The notes below the pieces were generated by a model. It had not been told where the DNA came from and did not search any database. It saw only the letters and a program-made list of their open reading frames with translations. Positions 19,523 through 28,354 of a stretch of 64,000 bases of DNA are shown piece by piece. The stretch is from Patescibacteria group bacterium (GTDB lineage: Bacteria; Patescibacteriota; Minisyncoccia; Phycocordibacterales; DATDWN01), in the NCBI GenBank assembly GCA_040384485.1, contig JAZKJH010000005.1, positions 3,375-67,374 of the forward strand, in the 5' to 3' direction. The position numbers were made by a program, and so were the translations under genes. Numbering within the stretch: position 1 is the stretch's first letter; the number at the start of each line of letters is the position of its first letter.

Positions 19523-19954
19523 ATGAAAATATTATTTATCTGCAAAAACAACCAATTCCGTAGTCAAATGGCGGCAGCCATTTACAACAAACTCACAAAA
19601 ACTGAGGATGCTTTTTCTGTCGGCACTTATGTTGGGGTACCAGAAAACCCTGGAGGAGACCCTATAAGGAAGTTCTTCCGAACGACAGACTTATTTGAGT
19701 TAATGGAAGCTAACGATATGTATATTCGAGATGTGCAAACCCAGAAACTTTTACCAGAACATTCGGACAATGCCGATGTGGTTGTTTCAATGGCGGAGGA
19801 ACCATTTATTCCAGACTTTCTAAAAGAAAACAAACAAGTTATTTGGTGGAATGTAGATAATCCCCCCTTTGCAACAAAGGAAGTTTCTGAAGAAATATAT
19901 AAACAAATACACCAGTTAATCGAAAACTTATTGATTAGTAGTAAAAAACTTTAA
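19523..19954 (+). CDS. LMW phosphatase / ArsC-family protein
   Basis: ILFICKNNQFRSQMA (CX5R-like), W.VDNP. Confidence 0.8.
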   Translation: MKILFICKNNQFRSQMAAAIYNKLTKTEDAFSVGTYVGVPENPGGDPIRKFFRTTDLFELMEANDMYIRDVQTQKLLPEHSDNADVVVSMAEEPFIPDFLKENKQVIWWNVDNPPFATKEVSEEIYKQIHQLIENLLISSKKL

Positions 19955-20486
19955 ACTTGAGCTCTGGAAGCAATATAGTCTCCAAATCGGGTCTTATTTC
20001 ATCTAGTTTATTTTTGTTCTCTTCCACATAGTGACAGATAACCTTTACTGGCAACACACCAAACCCTTCCCCTGCCCCCATTCGCAAACTATAAAAACCG
20101 GCACATAACACATTGGCTCCGGCTGAATCACCTGCTACAACTTTTCCTTTTAATAATTCTGGGAATTCCGGGAATTTCTTTAGGGTTTCCATAAGTTTTC
20201 CTGTATGTCCACCGTGAAAGTAAATAACGTCGGATTCTTGGATTTGACTTAGAAAACTCTCTTCTGTTGCCACATCAAACACCAGATTTTTACCTCCACT
20301 ATTCTTGGTAAACTGCTCAATATCTTCTTTCATATTCTTTTCTATTCTATCTGCTTCTTTAGCAAAAAGAACCAGAAGAATCTTGGTATCCTGAGGTGCT
20401 GTACTTAAAATTTCCGTAAAAAATGAATCATTTTCTTGTTTTCCGTCTTTTGGAAAACCACCCTGGAGAATAAATTTGGTTTTCAT
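19935..20486 (-). CDS. Peptidase E (S51) / class I GATase-like
   Basis: DVIYFHGGHT, GDSAGA, ICHY. Confidence 0.8.
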   Translation of the reverse strand: MKTKFILQGGFPKDGKQENDSFFTEILSTAPQDTKILLVLFAKEADRIEKNMKEDIEQFTKNSGGKNLVFDVATEESFLSQIQESDVIYFHGGHTGKLMETLKKFPEFPELLKGKVVAGDSAGANVLCAGFYSLRMGAGEGFGVLPVKVICHYVEENKNKLDEIRPDLETILLPELKFKVFYY

Positions 20487-20496
20487 ATAAAATTAA

Positions 20497-21156
20497 TTAA
20501 CCTAAGTGATTATGATCGTTATAAATCCAGAAGCGCCATTTTGGTTCTACTTCGTCACTCCATCTAGCATATTGTAATACTGACAAACCAGTGTTCTTCA
20601 TAGACGCAACTGACTGAAAATGTTTTAGATTTTCCTCTGTCATCGAATTTCCCAGCATTACTCTTGCCATTATAACTCTAAGAAAAAATCCGTGCGTTAC
20701 AACGAGAATATTCTTGGCTTTATGGTTTTTCAAAAAGTCCAAAGCTTTATCGGCTCGTTCCACTATCTCTTCATAATTTTCTCCATCTTGCACTTTCAAA
20801 CCTTTTTGAAAAAGACTTTTCTTCCACTCTTTACCCACCTTTACCGCTTCTACATCCTCATGAGGTTTTCCGTTAATAAAACTCGGTTTTACTCGCTCTG
20901 TAAATAAGTCCGAATATTCAGGTAGTTTGTTTGTAGCTTCGGCAATAGCTTCAGCTGTTTCTTTTGCTCTAGTATACCCACTGGAAACAAGTGCTTCAAA
21001 ATCTAATTTGGTAGCTCTTTCTGCGACCTTCAGTACTTGTTCCCGACCTCGTTCACTCAATGGTGATTCTATGGACTGAAATACAGGTCTTGTGTTATCT
21101 TCACTCTCTCCATGTCGGACAAAGTAAATTGTTTTTTCTACATCTATTTTAGGCAT
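20497..21156 (-). CDS. Histidine phosphatase family protein
   Basis: FVRHGES, SS...RA.ETA, VVTHG. Confidence 0.88.
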   Translation of the reverse strand: MPKIDVEKTIYFVRHGESEDNTRPVFQSIESPLSERGREQVLKVAERATKLDFEALVSSGYTRAKETAEAIAEATNKLPEYSDLFTERVKPSFINGKPHEDVEAVKVGKEWKKSLFQKGLKVQDGENYEEIVERADKALDFLKNHKAKNILVVTHGFFLRVIMARVMLGNSMTEENLKHFQSVASMKNTGLSVLQYARWSDEVEPKWRFWIYNDHNHLG

Positions 21157-21178
21157 ATAATTTATTATAGCAAAATAT

Positions 21179-21337
21179 CAGCTGCCAGAATTTGGGTACT
21201 CGCTTCGCTGCGTCTTGGAAACCCACGGTTTTCCAACGCTCGCTAACGCTCACTGCCTTCCTACACGGAAAACTCCCGTTTTCCGACCCTTTCCCCAACC
21301 CAAGTCTGGCATCTGACTCGTTTTACAAAACTCGCAG
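21179..21337. repeat. Hairpin-rich element with direct and inverted copies of the tRNA-Gln 3' end
   Basis: CAGCTGCCAGAATTTGGG (21179-96) resembles 21335-51. Inverted copy CCCAAGTCTGGCATCTG at 21299-315. Internal stems TTGGAAA/TTTCCAA and CGGAAAAC/GTTTTCCG. Confidence 0.7.
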
Positions 21338-21408
21338 CTGCCAGACTTGGGATCGAACCAAGATTATCGCTTTCAGAGAGCGATGTCCTACCATTAGACG
21401 ATCTGGCA
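21338..21408 (-). tRNA. tRNA-Gln(CTG)
   Basis: Acceptor TGCCAGA/TCTGGCA, anticodon arm TCGCT-CTCTGAA-AGCGA, T arm CTTGG-TTCGATC-CCAAG. Confidence 0.93.
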
Positions 21409-21527
21409 ATACTACACTAAAAAATACCTCTCCTTGTCAGACCTGCAAACACTACTCAGTAATCTGGCAATACGACTACAATACCTAAAAATCCCCTCTT
21501 TTACAAGACGGGGATTTTTTAAAAAAT

Positions 21528-21587
21528 TTATTTTTTAGCTTTCTTTGGTTTCTTTTTTTCTTTTTTGTGGGTTTCTCCTTTTGACAT
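21528..21587 (-). CDS. Putative 19-aa basic peptide MSKGETHKKEKKKPKKAKK
   Basis: ATG...TAA with TATAAT upstream and a terminator hairpin at about 21487-21520 downstream. Not in the ORF track. Confidence 0.45.
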   Translation of the reverse strand: MSKGETHKKEKKKPKKAKK

Positions 21588-21663
21588 ATATTTTGATAAT
21601 TAATTGATATAAGTTAATTATATAATACTTTTAATTTACTTTAAATACATTTGAACCCGAGTA

Positions 21664-22548
21664 TTACACAGTAATTATCGCCAGAGTAAGAGCGCCAAAT
21701 AAAGCCAAGAGTAGCCCTATTTTTTGATGAGTTTTTAGTTTTTCTTTGCTTACTGTAATCCCCAGGATAACAGAGATAATGATGTAGCTTTCCGAAAGTG
21801 CCACTACTATTCCTATAGGGGCCAGACTCATAGCAAAAGCAAAAGCTATCCAAGCTATATTGTCCATAACTGACATTGATAATATGAGTTTAGGATTATT
21901 TTTTATATCAATAACTGTTTTGTGTAAAAGGTTGTTGTACAGAAGATAACAAACTGAAAAAACTAGACACACCACACTTATAAAAAAGTAAATAACGACT
22001 GGGTCAGAAGCTCTAGCACCAAGCCCAACCATAAAGTTAGCGATACCCATTGCAATAGCAGCACAAAAAGCAACAAAAACACCTTTCTCTAGAAAAAGCT
22101 TTCTGATACTGAAACCTATCTTATCTTTTATCGAAACCATAATTAGTCCGACAATAAGGGTTGTAACCAGAGCTATTTGTTGCATATTTAGGCCCTCAGA
22201 AAGTATAAAATACGCAAGCAATGCAGAAACAACAATCTCGGCAGACCAGACTGACTCCACTACACTTATTTTTCCAACCTTTAAGGACTCGAAATCCAGG
22301 AGAGAGCCCAAAAGAAAAACTAGCCCGCAACCCGCTAAAATAAGCATGGTTAATATATCCTTACCAACAACGACATCCACCAAACCCTTCCACACAAAAG
22401 GTGCGAGCATAAGTGAACCCACAAAAGACACTGTAAACAATGTTTCCCAATCCCCTATTTTTCTGGAAGTTTTTTGAATTAAAAAATCACCAATACCCCA
22501 ACAAAACATCGCGACAAATGCAAAAAATATACCAGTAGTGACTGTCAT
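21664..22548 (-). CDS. DMT/EamA transporter
   Basis: Two EamA-like repeats, 10 TMs, KEKL. Confidence 0.85.
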   Translation of the reverse strand: MTVTTGIFFAFVAMFCWGIGDFLIQKTSRKIGDWETLFTVSFVGSLMLAPFVWKGLVDVVVGKDILTMLILAGCGLVFLLGSLLDFESLKVGKISVVESVWSAEIVVSALLAYFILSEGLNMQQIALVTTLIVGLIMVSIKDKIGFSIRKLFLEKGVFVAFCAAIAMGIANFMVGLGARASDPVVIYFFISVVCLVFSVCYLLYNNLLHKTVIDIKNNPKLILSMSVMDNIAWIAFAFAMSLAPIGIVVALSESYIIISVILGITVSKEKLKTHQKIGLLLALFGALTLAIITV

Positions 22549-22549
22549 G

Positions 22550-24223
22550 TTATTTTTTATTCACTGATACTTTTTTAGTTTTCAATGGTTGCAAGCAGGC
22601 ATTTATAAAAGCAGTAAAAAGTGGGTGTGGGTGCAAGGGTCGAGCCTTTAGTTCAGGGTGAGCTTGGGTACCGGTAAAAAATGGATGAACTTTTTCTGGC
22701 AGTTCTACAAATTCCATAAGTCTACCGTCGGGAGAAGTTCCCGAGAAAACTATTCCAGCCTTCTCTATTTCCTTTATAAACTCAGGATTAACTTCGTATC
22801 GGTGTCTATGTCTCTCGTCTACCTCCAAACTGCCGTAAGCTTTTGCTACAATACTTCCTTTTTTAAGCTTGGCTGTGTACTTACCTAGGCGCATAGTTGC
22901 CCCGTATTTTCCGTCCGCTATATTTTTCTTTTGCTCAGGCATTATGTCTATTACTATATGGTCTCCCTTACTACTTATCTCTCTCGTGTGGGCATCCTTC
23001 CAGCCCAAAACGTTTCTGCAATACTCTACAACAGCAAGTTGCATACCGTAACAAAGTCCTAAGTATGGAATTTTATTTTTTCTTACGTACTCTATCGCCA
23101 TTATCACTCCCTCTATCCCACTCTCACCGAAACCACCAGGAACTATGACTCCGTCAAAATCTTTTAGCTCATTCACTTGTCTTTTTCCTGTCTCGTATTC
23201 TTTGGAATTTATCCAGGTAAGCGTTGTATCAGCGTCCTTCCAATAAGAAGAAAACTTAACAGCCTCGATAACCGAAACATATGCGTCCGAAAGTACGAAG
23301 TCCCCTGTATCAAAGTACTTACCTATTACAGCTATATTTAATTTTTTCTTTGCATTTTCTCTTTTTGATACAAATTTTTTCCATTTCTCAAGTTCGTTGC
23401 TTTGAGACTTCGGCCTCATGTGGAGAGATTTTAAAATGATGCTACTGATTTTGTCTTTTTCAAAGTTGAGTGGAACGTCGTAGATGCTTTTTATGTCTGG
23501 CGCAGAGATAACGTTTTCAGGTCTTAATGCACAAGAAAATGCTATTTTTTCTTTTCTTTTCTCATCTAGTGGATGTGTACCACGAGCAATAACCACATCA
23601 GGCTGAACGCCGTATGAGTTAAGTTGCCTAACCGCATTCTGAGTAGGTCGGGTTTTCATTTCCCCTAGTGAGCCTGGAACCGGAAGATATGAAACCATAA
23701 TAAACATAACGTCATCTGGATTTTTTATTTTCAAAGTTCTGGCCGCTTCAATAAACAAAATATTTTGGTAGTCCCCTATTGTTCCGCCTATTTCAACTAG
23801 TGATATGTCTGACTTGTGGTGTTCAGCTGACTTTTTCCATCTACGAATTATCTCTTCTGTTATGTGGGGTATTGCCTCTACACACTTACCACGGTATCCC
23901 AAGTTTCTTTCTTTTTCTATAACATACTGATACACCATACCTGAAGTCATATAGTCGTCCGGTCCCAAATCCATTTCTAGAAAGCGCTCATAGTTACCCA
24001 TATCCTGGTCAGTCTCGAGTCCAGAATCAAGCACAAAAACCTCTCCATGTTCCGTTGGGTTCATTGTGCCTGCATCTACATTGAGATATGGATCAACTTT
24101 TACTGGATTTACTTTAAAACCTTTACTCTGAAGAATCTTACCTATCGAGGAGGAAGCTATACCTTTGCCGACTCCCGACATCACACCACCGACAACAAAG
24201 ATATATTTATGATTCTTCTTCAT
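22550..24223 (-). CDS. pyrG: CTP synthase
   Basis: GGVMSGVGKG, DPYLNVDAGTMNPTEHGEV, KTRPTQ, GLCYGMQ, ERHRHRYE, HPE. Confidence 0.98.
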   Translation of the reverse strand: MKKNHKYIFVVGGVMSGVGKGIASSSIGKILQSKGFKVNPVKVDPYLNVDAGTMNPTEHGEVFVLDSGLETDQDMGNYERFLEMDLGPDDYMTSGMVYQYVIEKERNLGYRGKCVEAIPHITEEIIRRWKKSAEHHKSDISLVEIGGTIGDYQNILFIEAARTLKIKNPDDVMFIMVSYLPVPGSLGEMKTRPTQNAVRQLNSYGVQPDVVIARGTHPLDEKRKEKIAFSCALRPENVISAPDIKSIYDVPLNFEKDKISSIILKSLHMRPKSQSNELEKWKKFVSKRENAKKKLNIAVIGKYFDTGDFVLSDAYVSVIEAVKFSSYWKDADTTLTWINSKEYETGKRQVNELKDFDGVIVPGGFGESGIEGVIMAIEYVRKNKIPYLGLCYGMQLAVVEYCRNVLGWKDAHTREISSKGDHIVIDIMPEQKKNIADGKYGATMRLGKYTAKLKKGSIVAKAYGSLEVDERHRHRYEVNPEFIKEIEKAGIVFSGTSPDGRLMEFVELPEKVHPFFTGTQAHPELKARPLHPHPLFTAFINACLQPLKTKKVSVNKK

Positions 24224-24224
24224 T

Positions 24225-25151
24225 TTATACTTTTAGATATTTTCGGACCGCGAGAAACGATGATACTGAACCAATGAATACTCCAGAACCGACTATGATC
24301 AAGAAGATCTGTCCAAAGTTGTTTGCATAATAATGGAAAATATTTAACCCTACAAAGAAGTTCTGTGTAGTCCCGCCAAGCCACATAGTAATAGGATAAA
24401 ACAAAATAAGAGTTATAACCGCAGAAATAAAACCATAAATAGCTCCGGCCACAAAGAATGGTCCTCTAATGTAGTTTGCTGACGCTCCCACAAGACGCAT
24501 AACCGATATCTCATCCCGTGACATATAAATAACAAGGCGAATCGTGTTGAAAGTAATAAGTATAGAAATACCAATAAGAAGGATTGTAAGAATTAATCCT
24601 AGTTTATTTGCAGAGTTTATAACCCGAGTTAGTCGGTCTATAACATCTTTGTTTTGGTAGTAATTAACCTTGTCTACAATAACCTCTCCGTCAGATGAAA
24701 GCGCGCTATTACTTTCCAAAAACCTAGCGATGCTTTCGTATTGAGACGGTTCCTTAGCCCGTATGTTAAGAGTCGCTCCAAAAGGATTCTCTCCAAGCTC
24801 CTCAAGTGCTTGCAGGGTTATCTCGTCATTTTCATGCTTCTTTCTAAAATCTGCTAAGGCATCTTCGCGGGAGACATATACAATAGGCGGTGCTACTTCA
24901 GGAAGATTTTCCAAACTTTCTTTCATTGCCAAAACATCTTCCTCCTCAGTAGTAGTAAGAAAATATACGTTTATATCTACTTTTTCTTTTATTTGATCCA
25001 GTGTTGAACGCAAAATAACCCCAGAGAATATTGTAGATCCAATAACAAAAAGAGTTACTACCATTACTAAAATAGAAGAAAGCGAAATAAATCCGTTTCG
25101 CCAAAAACTAAAAAATCCTGCGCGTATTACTCTTTTTATTTTAATCCACAT
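24225..25151 (-). CDS. ftsX: Cell division permease FtsX
   Basis: NTIRL.I..R.EI.VMRLVGA...YIRGPF; follows ftsE. Confidence 0.92.
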   Translation of the reverse strand: MWIKIKRVIRAGFFSFWRNGFISLSSILVMVVTLFVIGSTIFSGVILRSTLDQIKEKVDINVYFLTTTEEEDVLAMKESLENLPEVAPPIVYVSREDALADFRKKHENDEITLQALEELGENPFGATLNIRAKEPSQYESIARFLESNSALSSDGEVIVDKVNYYQNKDVIDRLTRVINSANKLGLILTILLIGISILITFNTIRLVIYMSRDEISVMRLVGASANYIRGPFFVAGAIYGFISAVITLILFYPITMWLGGTTQNFFVGLNIFHYYANNFGQIFLIIVGSGVFIGSVSSFLAVRKYLKV

Positions 25152-25156
25152 AATAT

Positions 25157-25837
25157 TTAAATGATATATTTACCCTCCTTGTCATCTCTAATAATTTTAC
25201 CATTTTCCATCGTTAACACCCTCTTTTTTAGGGAGTCTATAACGCCTTTGTTGTGAGTAGTCAAAATAACTGTAGTACCTAAATCGTTTATTTTCTTCAA
25301 AATCTGAACAATGTCATAGGTATTTAGCGGGTCTAGGTTCCCGGTAGGCTCGTCTGCAATAATGACATCTGGCTGGTTCACGATAGCTCGTGCGATAGAG
25401 ACTCTTTGTTTTTCACCACCAGACAGCTCGTGCGGGAAGTTCCAGATTTTCTTACTGAGATCTACAAGCTCTAGCACGTGTGGCACATCTGCTTCTATTT
25501 CCTCATCTGTTCTGCCTGCAGCCTCCATAGCAAAAGCAATATTCTCGTATACATTCTTGTTTGGAATTAGACGGAAATCCTGAAAAACCACACCTATCTT
25601 TCTACGAAACTCATTTATCTGGTTTTTAGAAAGACTATGGATATCTGTGGACTCGAAATATATTTTACCCTCCGAAGGACTTTCCTCTGCTAATAGCATT
25701 TTAAGTAAAGTTGTTTTACCTGCACCAGAGTGTCCAACAATAGACACAAACTCTTTGGGTTCAATAGAAAAAGATATGTCTTCCAGCGCAATTGACTTGT
25801 CTGTATAGACTTTTGATACTTTATCGAAATGAATCAT
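25157..25837 (-). CDS. ftsE: Cell division ATP-binding protein FtsE
   Basis: GHSGAGKTT, VFQDFRL, LSGGEKQR, ADEPTGNLDP. Confidence 0.95.
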   Translation of the reverse strand: MIHFDKVSKVYTDKSIALEDISFSIEPKEFVSIVGHSGAGKTTLLKMLLAEESPSEGKIYFESTDIHSLSKNQINEFRRKIGVVFQDFRLIPNKNVYENIAFAMEAAGRTDEEIEADVPHVLELVDLSKKIWNFPHELSGGEKQRVSIARAIVNQPDVIIADEPTGNLDPLNTYDIVQILKKINDLGTTVILTTHNKGVIDSLKKRVLTMENGKIIRDDKEGKYII

Positions 25838-25892
25838 ACCAACTATTATAACCTATTGAAACCAGTAGGGCAAAACAGAAAGCAGGGCTAAT

Positions 25893-26780
25893 TTATAGAC
25901 TTTTTTCAGCTTGAATAAACTCTTCTATGTCACCCGCGAGTACAGAATCCACATCACTTGTTTCTACTTCAGTACGATGATCCTTAACCATCTTGTATGG
26001 ATGAAGTACGTATGAACGAATCTGATTACCCCATGTTATTTCGGTTGTCTTAGAAATATACATACCCTTTTCTCTTGCCACCCTTTCTTCCTCAATGGCT
26101 TTGTATATTTTTCCGTAAAGTATCGACAAGGCATTATCTTTATTTTGAGCTTGGGAACGTTCGTTGTCACTTTGGGCAGATAAATTTGTGGGTATATGCA
26201 CCACCCGCACTGCAGTTTCCCTTTTGTTCACGTTCTGCCCGCCTGGACCTGAAGAACGAGATAGCTCTACTCTAATATCTGAATCCTTTATATCCAAATC
26301 CTCAGGTTTAAACTTTTGAAACTTAGGAATCACTTCCACCATTGAAAAAGAGGTATGACGAAGGGATTTTGCATTAAACGGCGAGACTCGAACCAGCCTG
26401 TGCACTCCCGACTCATTTTTTAAAGTCCTGTAAGCAAACTTTCCTTTTATATCGATAGTTACATTTCTAAAACCCCCGTGATCGTTTTTGTTTTCATGAA
26501 TTAGAGAAACTGAAAATCCATTTTTATCCAAGTATTTCAGATACATAGTCAGAAGCATTGAAGAAAAATCCTCGGCATCGTCTCCTCCAGCACCAGATAG
26601 TATTGTCATAACTGCGTCCCCGGCGTCATACTTACCCACTCCTTCTATTTCTTGTTTTAGATCTTGAATTCTTTTTATAGTTTCCTGTGCTTTGTCTTTG
26701 TTGGACCAAAAATCAGAAGCTGCCATTTCTGCCTCTAATTGCTCTAATTCCAGCTCCAGGTTTTTCTTTTTATCGTCCAT
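25893..26780 (-). CDS. prfB: Peptide chain release factor 2, shortened domain 1, no frameshift seen
   Basis: GVHRLVRVSPF (SPF), GPGGQNVNK, WGNQIRSYV. Confidence 0.93.
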   Translation of the reverse strand: MDDKKKNLELELEQLEAEMAASDFWSNKDKAQETIKRIQDLKQEIEGVGKYDAGDAVMTILSGAGGDDAEDFSSMLLTMYLKYLDKNGFSVSLIHENKNDHGGFRNVTIDIKGKFAYRTLKNESGVHRLVRVSPFNAKSLRHTSFSMVEVIPKFQKFKPEDLDIKDSDIRVELSRSSGPGGQNVNKRETAVRVVHIPTNLSAQSDNERSQAQNKDNALSILYGKIYKAIEEERVAREKGMYISKTTEITWGNQIRSYVLHPYKMVKDHRTEVETSDVDSVLAGDIEEFIQAEKSL

Positions 26781-26782
26781 AA

Positions 26783-27085
26783 CTATAAAGATCTTATAAA
26801 GTCGGCGAGAGAGTCTTTGTCTGGAAAGTCGAATTTGGTACTTGGATTTTTTTCATCAACCGTACTACCAACCAGAACATGCCACATTCTATAATTTATG
26901 TAATCTGGATATTTATTTTTTATTTCAGTTGCTTTATCTGTAACTCTTTTATACATATCAAAAAAACCATCATTATCTTCCTCACTATACCTAGCAAAAG
27001 TTGTCTCGTGGATTTTCTCAATCTTTTGTGCCAGCTCCAACAAAATTTGATTTGGGTCTTGTTGTTCGTGTTTAAATTTTTCCAT
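26783..27085 (-). CDS. Hypothetical protein
   Basis: 100-aa ORF ending 2 nt before prfB; no motif recognised. Confidence 0.55.
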   Translation of the reverse strand: MEKFKHEQQDPNQILLELAQKIEKIHETTFARYSEEDNDGFFDMYKRVTDKATEIKNKYPDYINYRMWHVLVGSTVDEKNPSTKFDFPDKDSLADFIRSL

Positions 27086-27102
27086 AAGTTTTAATAACTA
27101 GT

Positions 27103-27370
27103 GAGCCGCTGGCCAGACTTGCACATGCCTCCTTACAGGAGCAGTACACCTTTTTGATTTTTTATTTCATTTTATTCATAAAAAATCTAAAAAGGTCTTG
27201 CGAAGCTGTAACACAGCTTCGCAACCTCGTATTACCAATCGTTTTGTTTTGAGAGCCGCTGGCCAGACTTGCACTGGCGACCTCGTCATTACCAATGACG
27301 TGCTCTAACTACCCGAGCTACAACGGCTCTCAAAACAAAACTTGCTAGCTCCTACCCGAGCTACAACAGC
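27103..27370 (-). repeat. Fragmented tRNA-Thr copy enclosing the intact tRNA-Thr
   Basis: 3' piece 27103-124 (22/22 identical), anticodon piece 27221-239, 5' piece 27352-370 (18/19). A 14-bp inverted repeat (27241-254 / 27328-341) extends the acceptor stem. Confidence 0.8.
27254..27327 (-). tRNA. tRNA-Thr(GGT)
   Basis: Acceptor GCCGTTG/CAGCGGC, anticodon arm CGTCA-TTGGTAA-TGACG, T arm GCCAG-TGCAAGT-CTGGC. Confidence 0.9.
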
Positions 27371-27395
27371 ATATGCCAAATACTATCACAATTTC

Positions 27396-28019
27396 TTATT
27401 TTTTAAACTCGACTATTTTACCGATTTCTATTTCTATTTTATCGGCAAGTCGGAGATTTTTTATTTGTTTCTTGGAAAGGATCGAATGATGTTTGATTGA
27501 ATCAAGTTCTCCTGGTATATCCCACAACTCTTCTTCACTCGTTCTCCATTCTATTTTATTGAATCTGTTTAGGTTTAGTGGTACCGAATACTCTCGCAAT
27601 GTTTTTTCTCCTGAGTGCAGGAAATATTCATGAAAAAAAGACATTACGAGTTCACGTATGGTTTTATACACTGGCTCTCTATACCGCAGTACTCCATGAT
27701 TAGTTTTAGAAATCGCTCCCCAATGTCCGTCTTGTTTCCAAACTGCAAGCACATGGTCATAATCAAATGGTTTTTTCACAGAACGTAAGTCGAGCACAAG
27801 CGGCTTGTAACCGTGGAACTCTAATGCTGCTGCGGCGAACATCGCTCCTTCCATACAGTGCGCTGTTCCATCCCTAACAACTCTTCTTGGTGACATAAAC
27901 GTATCGCCATTTTTCTCAAAGTTGAAAGGGATACTGTTTAGGTAGTCTTGAATTTTTGCTGGTGAGTTTAGTTTTTTTAGAAAATCTTTCTCTTCTTTCG
28001 TGTATCCGTAATCCTTCAT
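27396..28019 (-). CDS. Conserved hypothetical protein, transglutaminase/papain-like core
   Basis: SP..V...G.AHCMEGAMFAAAAL...G and DHV.AV....G.W (Cys-His pattern). Confidence 0.6.
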   Translation of the reverse strand: MKDYGYTKEEKDFLKKLNSPAKIQDYLNSIPFNFEKNGDTFMSPRRVVRDGTAHCMEGAMFAAAALEFHGYKPLVLDLRSVKKPFDYDHVLAVWKQDGHWGAISKTNHGVLRYREPVYKTIRELVMSFFHEYFLHSGEKTLREYSVPLNLNRFNKIEWRTSEEELWDIPGELDSIKHHSILSKKQIKNLRLADKIEIEIGKIVEFKK

Positions 28020-28033
28020 GGATACATTATATC

Positions 28034-28060
28034 AAAAAAGTCCCCACCGAAGTGGAGACT
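28034..28060 (-). terminator. Intrinsic terminator
   Basis: Minus strand AGTCTCCAC-TTCG-GTGGGGAC-TTTTTT. Confidence 0.8.
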
Positions 28061-28085
28061 GTGTAGTAACCGAAATATAGATACA

Positions 28086-28235
28086 TTATTCTCCCCCTTT
28101 CTTTATCGCGAGCTTTGCCGACTGCCGATTGTAACTCACTCGACCCTTTCCAGGTCGATGGTAACCGCCTGTCTGTCGCGGAAGTGGAACACGCGGCAGA
28201 TTAAAACCATGCTTCGTTCGAGCTGACTTTCTCAT
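28086..28235 (-). CDS. 49-aa basic protein, ArfA-like candidate (MRKSARTKHGFNLPRVPLPRQTGGYHRPGKGRVSYNRQSAKLAIKKGGE)
   Basis: AAGGAGGT SD at 28241-48, own terminator, and GKGRVSYNR resembling ArfA KGKGSY.R. Not in the ORF track. Confidence 0.6.
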   Translation of the reverse strand: MRKSARTKHGFNLPRVPLPRQTGGYHRPGKGRVSYNRQSAKLAIKKGGE

Positions 28236-28354
28236 CTCAGACCTCCTTATTTACTATAGCATATTATAGTTAAAAAGTCAATATATTGTAATTTTGTTAT
28301 AAAAAAACGCCACCTTTTGCAAGATGGCGTAGTGAAAAGAACAATGTGACAGGT

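Noticed and set aside
21192-21488. 98-aa plus-strand ORF
   Set aside because: It runs through tRNA-Gln and its hairpin repeat and has no protein motif.
28027-28086. Tyr-rich mini-ORF MYLYFGYYTVSTSVGTFLI overlapping the ArfA-like stop and crossing the terminator
   Set aside because: It could be a second Tyr sensor, but I found no alternative antiterminator stem and the downstream gene has its own -10 box. Support is too weak.
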